Shown one piece after another: positions 22,318 through 31,972 of a stretch of 64,000 nucleotides of DNA. Below the pieces are notes generated by a model. That model saw only the letters and a program-made list of their open reading frames with translations, ran no database searches and was not told the origin of the DNA. The translations under genes were made by a program, and so were the position numbers. Source of the stretch: a virus (Duplodnaviria > Caudoviricetes); IMG/VR virus record IMGVR_UViG_2907233695_000001, positions 32,001 through 96,000 of that record, one strand, 5' to 3'. Positions within the stretch are counted from its first letter, which is position 1. Each line of letters starts with the position of its first letter.

Positions 22318-22800
22318 TTATATTTTTGTTGCCCTTAAATTTTTCTCATCATGTGATAGCCGTTTAATAATCGATGCTAGAATTTTTGTTATGCCCTTTT
22401 TGTTTCTGCTCTGCTGAGCAAATTCATAATCACTCTCTTTTATAGACGCACCGAATTTAATCCGTTTTAAAGTAAACTTGATATAATCCTCATGTATTCT
22501 CGCTACACTTCCGAGCAACTCTTTATTATCGTAAAAATTAACATTGCCATTCTCATCCATTGACTCAATTTGATGCAGGTTTAAGATGTTATTTCTATCA
22601 GTTTGTCTAAAATTATCAAAGAACAAAATGTCGCTCCATTGCTCAATTGTATTTGCTATTTTGTAACGGTCAGTTGCGGTGATGAAAATAACTCCCTTTT
22701 CACCTAACTCAGTTTCGATCATGATAATATCTGATTTATTTACTATTTCTAATATACTTGATCTTATGTTAAGCAAAACTAAATTATCGCCAGTCATCAT
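22318..22800 (-). CDS. LytTR DNA-binding domain protein without receiver domain (LytTR-2)
   Basis: FRQTDRNNILNLHQI matches the LytTR FxRxHRSxIVNLxxI motif. Confidence 0.75.
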   Translation of the reverse strand: MMTGDNLVLLNIRSSILEIVNKSDIIMIETELGEKGVIFITATDRYKIANTIEQWSDILFFDNFRQTDRNNILNLHQIESMDENGNVNFYDNKELLGSVARIHEDYIKFTLKRIKFGASIKESDYEFAQQSRNKKGITKILASIIKRLSHDEKNLRATKI

Positions 22801-23122
22801 TCAAATCACAACCTTTAGCGTTTGTCAATGAATTTTCACAGTCCATGAAAAGTAATTTACATACACTGTGCATTAACTTATAATCATTCTTGTAAGATAC
22901 AGCGCAACACAAGCGTTACACATACTCCTTAACATAGTGAGCTGTCGCCAAACAAATCCACTTAGTTAGGGAGTATTTTTTATTACAATCATATGTATCA
23001 CCTCTTTTAATGTTTGTAAGTTCAGTATTACATTTGTTAAATATACCACAATTTACTTCGCTTGGAACTACAGATTTTCGCATAAAAATCTGCGTTTACA
23101 ATGCCTTATTTTTATGTATATG

Positions 23123-23151
23123 TGTCGAATTTTTGTCGATTCCTTGTCGAA
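23123..23151 (+). promoter_or_regulatory. Three tandem Spo0A-box-like sites, 11-bp period
   Basis: TGTCGAA 23123, TGTCGAT 23134, TGTCGAA 23145. Confidence 0.65.
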
Positions 23152-23169
23152 TATAAAAAAGAAGCGTGT

Positions 23170-23712
23170 TCATATCAGAACATCGCTTCTTTTTTTCGGG
23201 AAACTTAACTTAGATGAATATATGCCAACTTGAGTATTGATGTCATTTTCTTTTCCGAGTGCCTTTGATATATTCCCCTTTATACAATCTCCAGAAACAG
23301 TTACATATAACTTAGTTTCATGGGTTGCATTTTCATCAAAATATACTCGCATGTAGTAACTGTCATATTTTTTGGCTAACCTCATATTTACATATTGTCT
23401 TTTATGAGTTGGTATAAAACCATATTGAGCCAAAAACCTGTCGAAGTTACCACTTCCTTTACTACAAGTCAGTCGCTCATAAACAATCGACCGAGTATAA
23501 AACATCATTATGTCTTTTGGCTGCTCTAAAAATAAAATGGTGTTTAATGGAACCCACTCTATTTCTTTTGATGATGTATTTACCAGCGGTATAGATCGCT
23601 CAGGTTCAGTGGAAATCTCATCGGCAACTTCAAGAGATAATTTATCAATTTCATCTGTTGTGATTTTTGATCCAAGTTTATCAAGGAGCAATGCTTTGAC
23701 TCTTTCAAGCAT
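23170..23712 (-). CDS. LytTR DNA-binding domain protein without receiver domain (LytTR-1)
   Basis: ILFLE...FIPTHKRQYVNMRLAKKYD...VTVS LytTR pattern. Confidence 0.8.
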   Translation of the reverse strand: MLERVKALLLDKLGSKITTDEIDKLSLEVADEISTEPERSIPLVNTSSKEIEWVPLNTILFLEQPKDIMMFYTRSIVYERLTCSKGSGNFDRFLAQYGFIPTHKRQYVNMRLAKKYDSYYMRVYFDENATHETKLYVTVSGDCIKGNISKALGKENDINTQVGIYSSKLSFPKKRSDVLI

Positions 23713-23733
23713 CTTGATTCATCCCCCTGTTAT

Positions 23734-23766
23734 GGTTGCCATAAACGGGAGTTATTTATGGCAACC
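23734..23766. repeat. 12-bp stem hairpin between agrD and LytTR-1
   Basis: GGTTGCCATAAA-N9-TTTATGGCAACC; no U-tract on minus strand. Confidence 0.75.
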
Positions 23767-23779
23767 CAATAGAGAATCA

Positions 23780-23950
23780 TTAGTTCTTTTGGGACATTTT
23801 TTCAAGCAAAGATGCTGGAGCTTTTGGCTCGTTAACAAAACCAGCAGACGATGGAGTGATAACAACATCACCAGTTGTTGGAGTTGTATCAGTATAGGCA
23901 GCATCAACAGCAGTTTTCATGATTGCTTTAGTAAGAAGTTTGTTCAACAT
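23780..23950 (-). CDS. agrD: AgrD-like cyclic lactone autoinducer precursor (56 aa, not in ORF track)
   Basis: RBS AGGAGGTG; MLNKLLTKAIMKTAVDAAYTDTTPTTGDVVITPSSAGFVNEPKAPASLLEKMSQKN; S-A-G-F-V followed by the AgrD tail xEPxxPxxL. Confidence 0.85.
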   Translation of the reverse strand: MLNKLLTKAIMKTAVDAAYTDTTPTTGDVVITPSSAGFVNEPKAPASLLEKMSQKN

Positions 23951-23992
23951 GTATTTTCACCTCCTTTAATGAAATATGCGAAAGGCAATAAT

Positions 23993-24661
23993 TTACATTC
24001 TACTAAACTCTTCCTTATTACGTTTGCTTGAGAAATATATTGTAACCATCGTTATCAAAATTAGAATAACGACGAATGCAATCAATGCTGTAGCGTTTTT
24101 TTCTGAAAAGTACATGTAACTAAACACCGCTAACTGGATCACAACAAGTACACCCAAATTAAGGAATACAATATTCTTCGTTGTTACATTTTCTTTTCCG
24201 TCTAACTCAAATCCAAAGCTCGTATTTGTGAATTTTATGTACCAACAGAAAATGTAAATGATGGTTACTGTGACAACTTGTAATGCATGTCCTTCGAATG
24301 AATCAGGTTGAATTTGTTCAAGATCGACAATGTTATACATTTTTATGATGAAGACTAAAAGTCCTTGAACACTCAGGAAAGCAGCATACCCAACTATTGA
24401 AGTAAAAAATCCATAGAGTAATTTCTGCTTGAACATCAGAATCATCATAGCTACAACTAACAAAACTTGAATCGGAATTGCGTATTGCTGCATATTAAGC
24501 AGTTCAATAATTATGTAAGAACAACCTGCCAAGAGTACCGATGATCCAACTAACTCTTTGATGTAATACTTTACGTGGAAGTGGAATATTGACATTACCA
24601 ACAATAAAATCGATGAAAACTCAAGAGATGACAATAGAATAAATAACGCCTTTTCCAACAT
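23993..24661 (-). CDS. Polytopic membrane protein resembling an AgrC sensor module without a kinase domain
   Basis: About 7 hydrophobic segments, then only ~10 residues before the stop; lies between agrB and agrD. Confidence 0.7.
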   Translation of the reverse strand: MLEKALFILLSSLEFSSILLLVMSIFHFHVKYYIKELVGSSVLLAGCSYIIIELLNMQQYAIPIQVLLVVAMMILMFKQKLLYGFFTSIVGYAAFLSVQGLLVFIIKMYNIVDLEQIQPDSFEGHALQVVTVTIIYIFCWYIKFTNTSFGFELDGKENVTTKNIVFLNLGVLVVIQLAVFSYMYFSEKNATALIAFVVILILITMVTIYFSSKRNKEEFSRM

Positions 24662-24681
24662 TAGAATAACCTTCTCTCTTT

Positions 24682-25200
24682 TTAATGGTTTCTATTTAAT
24701 TTAAATAATGTTGTTAAGGATTGAACAAAAAATGCTACTGTTATTGTTTCATAATTTATTGTCAGCAAGTTAAGCAGGACTATTAGGATAGAGATAAATT
24801 TTAGTTTCAGATATACTTTACTTTGCCAATTTGCTTTAACCTTGTATGTTAACGGTGCTCCAATGAATAGTATTACTATCGAGACTATAGACATTATAAG
24901 CGCAGTCTGTTCAGTTACTTTTATTAGAGGGATCGTTGTTAATATGATGGTTGATATCAACACACACATCTCAGATGAATTTACATGTAGGCCACCAGAA
25001 TATCGCCTTAGTAAAGCGAAGCAGAAAATTGCTAGAATAATGTCTAGAAAATGACTTCCGATGATCAATCCTATTGTTATCGTGAACGTAATAACAAATA
25101 TGTAATTTAACCATAAACTTAAGCCATATTGCAGCCACTCAACTTCTACATCCGATTCTTTATCCCACTTCTTGACTAAAACAGCCAATCCGTAGGCCAT
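24682..25200 (-). CDS. agrB: AgrB peptide-processing membrane protease
   Basis: YGL...LLRRYSGGLHVNSSEMC with catalytic His and Cys; GAP; FFVQSLT. Confidence 0.92.
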   Translation of the reverse strand: MAYGLAVLVKKWDKESDVEVEWLQYGLSLWLNYIFVITFTITIGLIIGSHFLDIILAIFCFALLRRYSGGLHVNSSEMCVLISTIILTTIPLIKVTEQTALIMSIVSIVILFIGAPLTYKVKANWQSKVYLKLKFISILIVLLNLLTINYETITVAFFVQSLTTLFKLNRNH

Positions 25201-25300
25201 ACGACTTATGATTGCAATCTCCCCCTTCTAGAAACATAGTCCCAATTATACATTATCTATTTAATCTCTTCAAGCAATTTAACTCGTCCTTACATTTATT

Positions 25301-25330
25301 AATTTACCATGTTTTACATGTATAAGTCAA
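25301..25330 (-). promoter_or_regulatory. agr operon promoter with phage operator palindrome
   Basis: TTGACT-18-TAAATT with TG; TTTACATGTATAAG at 25313-25326. Confidence 0.65.
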
Positions 25331-25392
25331 CAGTTTTTTATATATTATTTGTATATTTTATTTTATTTGAAAAATAAGAATACCCTCGTAAT

Positions 25393-26361
25393 TTAACGAG
25401 GGTACAGATTGCGAATTGTCTCCACATTTAAAAATTCTGACTTGATCCTATACATTGATTGCTCACCATCGATGCCGAATTGTTTCATAATCAAACTATA
25501 GTCTTCAGAGCTTAGTTGATCTTTCGAACCAAGTAACGAATTCGCCATTTCTAACATGCCACTATATGCAATATGCTTTGGCACAAACATCGGCTCCTGC
25601 AAATCCGCAGCAATTTTAGTAAGTCTTCGGTGAATTATATTCTTTTCGCTTTGCGAGTAGCTTTTGGTATTAGTATTAGCTGTCTTAATTACAAATTCCG
25701 TGTCGATCAGATTTGCAATATCAGCTTTGCGGTTGACGTTCGGCTCTCCGTTCATTTTTTCATAATCGAGTTCCAGAGATGCGCGGACAACTAATTTGAT
25801 ACATTGAGGGCTTACTTTAATTGTTCGTCTGTTCCCTTCGTCGTCCGTCAGAGTTAACGTCTCATTGTCTCTATCTACATCAGATGCCTTAAGATTAAGG
25901 AGCTCGCTACTTTCTTTCCCTGAGACCCCATTTCTAAGCAAACTAATTACCACTCCGTCTTGAGCGTTAACACAACTATCAATAATCTTGTCTAATTCCT
26001 CTCCAGTCCAATACTTTTTAATTTGATTATTGACAAACTGGATTGCCCAATCATTAGGGGTGAAATCAAGTGGATTCAGTCCTTTTTTTGCTCCAGAATC
26101 TAAGGCAAATGAAATATATTTGCTAATCCAGCTTATATTCTGTTTGCTGGAATACTCTGTTGTAGGCCTGAACAAATATAATAACTGTCTGATTTGCTCA
26201 ATGTTGAAATCATAAAGGTCTTTTCCTAAATCGCTCTCTTTATTAAAAGAAATCTTAAATATTCTACCCAAAGTTTTTTGTGTCCCTTTGCCATACTGAG
26301 ACATAAATTCATTTTTAAATTCTTCGTTGTATATCTGATCCCCATAAAGAATATTGGACAT
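25393..26361 (-). CDS. Degenerate integrase-fold master repressor (SPbeta YopR/MrpR/SroF-like)
   Basis: YNEEFKNEF, KDLYDF, NAQD, G-x-ELLNLK integrase fold, but catalytic R and HxxR are absent. Confidence 0.75.
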   Translation of the reverse strand: MSNILYGDQIYNEEFKNEFMSQYGKGTQKTLGRIFKISFNKESDLGKDLYDFNIEQIRQLLYLFRPTTEYSSKQNISWISKYISFALDSGAKKGLNPLDFTPNDWAIQFVNNQIKKYWTGEELDKIIDSCVNAQDGVVISLLRNGVSGKESSELLNLKASDVDRDNETLTLTDDEGNRRTIKVSPQCIKLVVRASLELDYEKMNGEPNVNRKADIANLIDTEFVIKTANTNTKSYSQSEKNIIHRRLTKIAADLQEPMFVPKHIAYSGMLEMANSLLGSKDQLSSEDYSLIMKQFGIDGEQSMYRIKSEFLNVETIRNLYPR

Positions 26362-26388
26362 CGCTAAACAATTCCTCTCCCACGAAAA

Positions 26389-27741
26389 TTAATTAATCAA
26401 ATCATCTATAGTTACATTGCCATCAGGTTCAGTTCCCTTAACTTGTTTTTCAAAAAACTTTCTAATTAAATCTTTAGTCTGATTAGAGTTTCTATTTCCT
26501 TGCTCTTTCATAATTGTTCCATACTCAGAATCCTTGCTCATATCGATTGAGTTAACTAATTGAGTAACACTCTCAACTGAAAGAGATTTATTATCATATA
26601 AATGTTTCGCTATTACACAATACCCTACAAAGGTATTATGATGATTCAACCAATCTTCTTTCGACTTTGCAAGAATGTTTGTTTTGAAGTGTTCAGGATA
26701 AGAATTGAGAAGAATCCCAAAGAATCTCTTGAGATGTTCAAATACCATTTCTTCTTCTAAGTCGTTTTTAATTTCAAAAATAGTTCCAATTGATTTAGAA
26801 AGTACATCAATGTTTGTAAGCTGCCCCAGTTTTTTATCGACTCTCGTTCTAATTGACACTTTACCTTCTAATGCAGAATCATCCATAAGTCTTTTAGCAA
26901 TATTTCTTTCTGACCCTTTTTCATTGTAATGCTTTGCCAATACCTTATCAAATGGATTGACCGTATTGAACTGCCCCAAGGCTTCCTGTGCCTTCTTGAG
27001 AGTGTAATGCTTGATTGACACGTTCATATAACCTTCTAGATTTGGATCGATTTGAAGTGCTCTAACCATACCCTGAAGTCTGTGCCAACCGTCAATAATA
27101 TCAACTTCTGTACCCTCATAAATTGTCAAATCGCCATTATCATATTCGATCTTATCGTTTCCGTTCACCAAAATGTTGAAGATGATGGTGTCAGTACTAA
27201 AATCGCCTTTTAACATTTTGTCAGCAATTGCTTCTACACTTTTCTTGACTGTCTTAGGTTTGACTGTTACTTTTCCTTTCTTTGTTGCTTTTTCAATCGG
27301 AAGTCTTTGACACTTGAAGTTGTACGTAATCATGTCTGCCAAGTACCATCCTACAATCTCTTTATATGACATGGCAGTTATGAATTCTGTCTTACCAGTT
27401 CTAATTACATTTACAATTGTATAAGGGAAAGTTGGTAATTCACTTTCGTATTCATACTTTAAGGCTTTATTTATTTCTCTAGAACTGTAAAATGACTTTG
27501 GATCAATTCTTTTATCATCTGTAATTTTGTGAACTACAATTGTAAGCAGAGTTAATTCTTCTTGTGATAACTGATCCAGTCGCTCATTGTGAATTAGAAT
27601 TTCATTAAATCTTCCTCTTGGAATATGGTGCTTCGCAAGTTCATCATCTATCTGCATTTGTTGTTCTTTTTTCTTATTTACGTCTTGTAGAACTAAACTT
27701 AATGCATCAATTAAATCTAAATTTTCAGCAACGTTACTCAT
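26389..27741 (-). CDS. DndB/ParB-like protein (SPbeta YopQ/SroE-like)
   Basis: YNFKCQR, IIDGWHRL; immediately upstream of the YopR-like gene; start moved to ATG 27741. Confidence 0.75.
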   Translation of the reverse strand: MSNVAENLDLIDALSLVLQDVNKKKEQQMQIDDELAKHHIPRGRFNEILIHNERLDQLSQEELTLLTIVVHKITDDKRIDPKSFYSSREINKALKYEYESELPTFPYTIVNVIRTGKTEFITAMSYKEIVGWYLADMITYNFKCQRLPIEKATKKGKVTVKPKTVKKSVEAIADKMLKGDFSTDTIIFNILVNGNDKIEYDNGDLTIYEGTEVDIIDGWHRLQGMVRALQIDPNLEGYMNVSIKHYTLKKAQEALGQFNTVNPFDKVLAKHYNEKGSERNIAKRLMDDSALEGKVSIRTRVDKKLGQLTNIDVLSKSIGTIFEIKNDLEEEMVFEHLKRFFGILLNSYPEHFKTNILAKSKEDWLNHHNTFVGYCVIAKHLYDNKSLSVESVTQLVNSIDMSKDSEYGTIMKEQGNRNSNQTKDLIRKFFEKQVKGTEPDGNVTIDDLIN

Positions 27742-27925
27742 CAAGACCATCCCCTCATATTTTTTATCCATTACTTTAATTATACACCAAATAAATAAAA
27801 AAATACACATAAATGAAAATTGCAGTCTACGCAATTTCATACTATGTATATTCGGAAATTATATAAATGTGTTCTATGTGATTTTGCAGAAGTTAAAATT
27901 AACAGAGTGAATCTCAATTTCAAAT

Positions 27926-29311
27926 TTAAACTTCATCTATGAAATCAACTTTATATGCCCATCTAAACCCACCTGCTGTTTTTCGTTTTCCGTTACACAC
28001 TGAAGAAATATTTTCAATTGATACTTTACATTTTTCTGAAGCAACAGTCGCACTTATATATTCACAGATAAATTGACCATTCAATGTCAACTGAACAATA
28101 GGTTTTCTCGTTTTTACACCTGCTTTAGCACTTCCATTTCTCGATTCTTTTGTTGGATCATACGCACACCAACCTAATTCCAACCCAATCTTAAGATATT
28201 TAATTATCGTAGGTTTAGATATTTTCATTATTTCAGAAATTTCATTAGCGGTAATATTGTCGTTATTGAAGTATTCACAAGCTATTTTTATCATTGATTT
28301 TAAACTTAGTTCGTGGCACGAATCCCAGTTTATTCTACTCAAATTAATAATTGTTGCCAATTCACTATTTAGAATACTGCCTTTTATATAATTCAACTCT
28401 GACTTGCTACAATTAATCACTATATAATACCTTATATTATGACGTAAGGCCATATCTCGTTTAAAACAGTCATTCATTTTTTCCTCATCTAATGTTCTTT
28501 TGCCTAATGTGTTTTCCTCATAATGCTGTCTCCCGTGAGTTTCAATGATACAGTTTAAGGATGGGATATAAAAATCAAAACTCTTTTTTTCTGACCACTC
28601 AAAAGATTTTTGATATTCAAAATCAATACCTGCTTGAAATAGTAGATTGTACATAAGCCTTTCTGGGTAAGGAATTGTATTAGAACATTTGGGGCAAGAA
28701 ACACCGTACAAGCTAACAGAACTTATTCTTTTATTCTTTATTTTACTTAAACAATCAGGACATTTAAAATCAACATGTTTTTTGCTCATGATTGTATACC
28801 GATATCCATCTTCATGATTCCAAAGTAGGGTGCCTAAAATTGGATCGACAGTATGAATATCATTAATCCCCTTTACAATCTTTCTTGGGGCAATACAACA
28901 TGCATTACAACCTGCTCCGCGAGATATAGCTGCCTCTCTTATTTTGTCTTCATTTCCGCAATTTAGACACTTATAAAAATAAATCTTAGCCTTCTTATTG
29001 TCTTTATATTTTCCCGTTATCTCTAGTTTCCCAGAATTAACGTTGTCGATAATACTTCCAATCTCGTGAAAATGATCAGAGGTTATTTTCCCCAATAAGC
29101 ACCCTAGCTTGCAACTCGTAAATCCGCTTATATACATCGAATGAATTCGATTTTTATATTTTAGCTTTATGTAGTAATTCTCATTATACTCCAGTATCTC
29201 AACAAACCCAGACATTCCTTCATAAATAAAACCAACGCTCAACCCTACACATCGTTTCCAGTCAACATACTTTCCCTTTTTCGGAAGGTCATCTAAAAAT
29301 ACTTTATTCAA
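27926..29311 (-). CDS. Homing-endonuclease-like protein (Zn ribbons, PD-(D/E)xK-like core, NUMOD1)
   Basis: Several CxxC; FDFYIP...IETHGRQHY; C-terminal ISSVCNGKRKTAGGFRW. Confidence 0.75.
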   Translation of the reverse strand: MNKVFLDDLPKKGKYVDWKRCVGLSVGFIYEGMSGFVEILEYNENYYIKLKYKNRIHSMYISGFTSCKLGCLLGKITSDHFHEIGSIIDNVNSGKLEITGKYKDNKKAKIYFYKCLNCGNEDKIREAAISRGAGCNACCIAPRKIVKGINDIHTVDPILGTLLWNHEDGYRYTIMSKKHVDFKCPDCLSKIKNKRISSVSLYGVSCPKCSNTIPYPERLMYNLLFQAGIDFEYQKSFEWSEKKSFDFYIPSLNCIIETHGRQHYEENTLGKRTLDEEKMNDCFKRDMALRHNIRYYIVINCSKSELNYIKGSILNSELATIINLSRINWDSCHELSLKSMIKIACEYFNNDNITANEISEIMKISKPTIIKYLKIGLELGWCAYDPTKESRNGSAKAGVKTRKPIVQLTLNGQFICEYISATVASEKCKVSIENISSVCNGKRKTAGGFRWAYKVDFIDEV

Positions 29312-29743
29312 TTATTATCCACCACCTTTATATTATAGAATACCATATTTTACTTCTTTGTTAAATATAAAAAATACACACTAATATAAAATAAAAATGT
29401 ATATTTAAAATTATGTTTGATAATCTTTACTGAGCTAGGAAATAATACTCTAAGTTGCAGAAATATCAACTTCAACTTGATCGATCAATTCCCACTCGTT
29501 AAACTTATCTTCAGTTTGAAGATACACTAATATACGAGCTGGCACATTATAGCTGTAATGTAGTTTCTGCGCCTTTAGAATTTCTCTTCTCGCATGAAGA
29601 ATAACAGTGTATTGTTTTCTCGCATAATGAGGTTTGAGTGATACGCCAAACATCTTGATTTCACTTTTGTATTTGAGCATCAAAACATCACCATTTACTT
29701 AGTTTTATTAATCATAATAAACAGAAAACATTTAACTTAAACG

Positions 29744-29760
29744 TTCGACACTTTGTCGAA
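29744..29760. promoter_or_regulatory. Inverted pair of Spo0A boxes
   Basis: TTCGACA-CTT-TGTCGAA. Confidence 0.6.
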
Positions 29761-29769
29761 TAAAATTAA

Positions 29770-29823
29770 GTTTTTCTACCAATTATATATTAGGTTAATG
29801 TATCCTTGGTAGCAAAAACCCCC
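29770..29823. repeat. Second copy of the palindromic element found at 56795-56854
   Basis: GTTTTTCTACCAA...TAGGT..TAATGTATCCTTGGTAGCAAAAACCCC shares both arms and loop. Confidence 0.85.
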
Positions 29824-30049
29824 TACCCTTGCACACTAAAAAGGTAAGTATTTTGGTTTCTTCAACTCATTAGAAAGTCTATGCAAGTCTTGATCCACAT
29901 GTTCTGCATCACTAATAAGTAATACACTAATTAAGTCATCTTGTTCTGTTGTAAAAGTAAGATGAAGTTCTCCTCCAACATCAATTGTTCCAATGTAAAA
30001 CTTGTTCATTACCTTCAAAAATCTCCCCTCGAAAAATTCCCAATTGATC

Positions 30050-30250
30050 AGAAATTATTTTCTCCGAATCTCTGCATACTTGGCAGGTTCTTCTTCTCTA
30101 CTTTCGTCTCTATGCTCTCTTGCATATCGCAATACATCATCATAGTTATTGAAAGTAGTATCCAAAGACTTTAATGGACAAACATCTCAGCGATGTTTAA
30201 AGTCACGTAGGCGCAATTCAACACCTTTTGATATTTGATACAAACTTGAT
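30050..30250 (-). ncRNA. Putative TnpB omega/reRNA
   Basis: Nested stems directly 3' of tnpB: 30167-30173/30198-30204, 30098-30105/30151-30158, 30072-30075/30083-30086; boundaries approximate. Confidence 0.6.
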
Positions 30251-30251
30251 A

Positions 30252-31685
30252 CTAAACTACACTTAATTTCTTGTCCATCATTTCAAGTCTACCAACCTCT
30301 ACATCATGCAACCTCAAAAAGTTGTCCCAAGTTTCAATACATTTTTCTCTATTAACTTCATTTAATTTACTATTCACATTCATAATCAAAAAAGCACTAT
30401 ATAAATCACGTTGCACTAAATTATTTCCAATCTTCTTCCATCTTTCTTCTATAGTAGATTTTTTGTATGTGTCATCAATGTGACTGTACTGACTTGCTCT
30501 TGTCGATCTTGTGTCAATTTCGTTTAAAAGCAATCCATAATAACTCAATTTATTTTTTAGTATATTAATAAACATTGAAGGCGCTTTATTACTTATTGAT
30601 TTACCATATCTCTTTTTGCTCTTGAATTTTCCATGTTTATTCTTCTCTGTTTCTTTGGATCGTCTACTCAATCCAGCATAAGATATTGGCTCTATATAAA
30701 ATTCATTTCCAAGTGATACAATTTCGTTAGCAAGAACATTATGATCCATTTTTCTTATGCTTGCTAATTTGCGTTGTAATTCTGCCAGTGCGTTTTTCGT
30801 TTTAATATAACTCTTACTTAAAATCCATTTGTCTTTATTTCCTTTTTTAATTGTCCCGTCTTCATTGAATTTATGAGGATTATTCGCCCTACATTGACGA
30901 TCTAATTTGCGTTGCAATCTACGTTTTTCTTTATCAATACTGTTGATACTTGGTGCAAGCTCATATATTTTAGCAGAAGTTTCACACGACACAGCCATAA
31001 TCTGTAATGATGTATCAATCCCAACTTTACCTTCGCCAAATTTATGTTTAAACATTCCAGTTTCATTGTCAATCTTTTTTGGAGGGATGCCTTCAAGTAC
31101 AAGTTGAATATAATACCTAGTTTCACCTCTAATCAATTTGCGAACAATACGACAATATTTAATTTTTCTTGTTAATGCTTCATATGCATAATCGTCATTC
31201 TTCTTAAGAAGGACTGGAATTTTTAATTTATTCCATTCAAGATGCTCGTTACGATACTTAATACCTTGTCTATTACTTGCACCTTCAATTGAGTCCATTT
31301 CGCCAACTCGTTTAATATATACCCTCTTGGCTCTGCCGATCATTATTTTAAACGTTGCAGCAAAAGCTCTTTGTGCTAATTTCTGAGTTGTACTTGAATC
31401 AATGCCGTTAAATTCATTCACACGCAAAGGAGTTGAAAACATGATCATGTCATTTTTAGTAAATTTAAATTCAGTTTGAATTCGTGCGTATGCCTTAGAC
31501 TGTTCTTTTTTTGGCAGATTTTTAATATTTCGATATTGTCTTGATTGTCGCATTAGATTGAGCCGTTTTAGCGACTCTTTTAGTAAGGCATTGTAAAGTT
31601 TGCGAGACAACTCAAAGTATTTCTCTAACGCATGATTGTCAGAAATTGATGAATTTAAAGGTAATTCTAAAATAAATGTTGACAA
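30252..31685 (-). CDS. tnpB: TnpB RNA-guided nuclease (IS200/IS605/IS607 family), no adjacent TnpA
   Basis: RuvC I VGID, RuvC II YIE, RuvC III QRDLYSA; RYYIQLVLEG. Confidence 0.9.
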   Translation of the reverse strand: MSTFILELPLNSSISDNHALEKYFELSRKLYNALLKESLKRLNLMRQSRQYRNIKNLPKKEQSKAYARIQTEFKFTKNDMIMFSTPLRVNEFNGIDSSTTQKLAQRAFAATFKIMIGRAKRVYIKRVGEMDSIEGASNRQGIKYRNEHLEWNKLKIPVLLKKNDDYAYEALTRKIKYCRIVRKLIRGETRYYIQLVLEGIPPKKIDNETGMFKHKFGEGKVGIDTSLQIMAVSCETSAKIYELAPSINSIDKEKRRLQRKLDRQCRANNPHKFNEDGTIKKGNKDKWILSKSYIKTKNALAELQRKLASIRKMDHNVLANEIVSLGNEFYIEPISYAGLSRRSKETEKNKHGKFKSKKRYGKSISNKAPSMFINILKNKLSYYGLLLNEIDTRSTRASQYSHIDDTYKKSTIEERWKKIGNNLVQRDLYSAFLIMNVNSKLNEVNREKCIETWDNFLRLHDVEVGRLEMMDKKLSVV

Positions 31686-31972
31686 GAAATATTTTCACCT
31701 CCTATCTCGCGTAGAAAAATTCTAAATCATTTCTCTTTCAATGTACGACTCCAAAACTCCTGCTGTTATCGCAATATTTCGTCCTGAAGTGTCCAAGTAG
31801 TCGTACCAGTTCTCACCTGTCACCTCAGATAAACTTGGTGCTTTCTTAATGCCATGAGCCTCATCTACAATTCTAACATATCTACGTCCAATGAAGTATT
31901 TATATTCTTTACCTTTAACTTCAATTGACCTCATATGGCTCACCTCCCTTTAGAATTTTTTTTGATTTAACA

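Noticed and set aside
23993-24661. Frameshifted agrC pseudogene
   Set aside because: Only ~40 bp separate its stop from the agrD start and no kinase remnant is visible, so the short form looks native. A clean deletion cannot be excluded.
25393-26361. Prophage integrase
   Set aside because: Catalytic Arg and HxxR are missing; it fits a repressor with an integrase fold.
30050-30070. TnpB guide matching sites at ~17396 or ~62890
   Set aside because: Only 8-9 bp partial matches, expected by chance.
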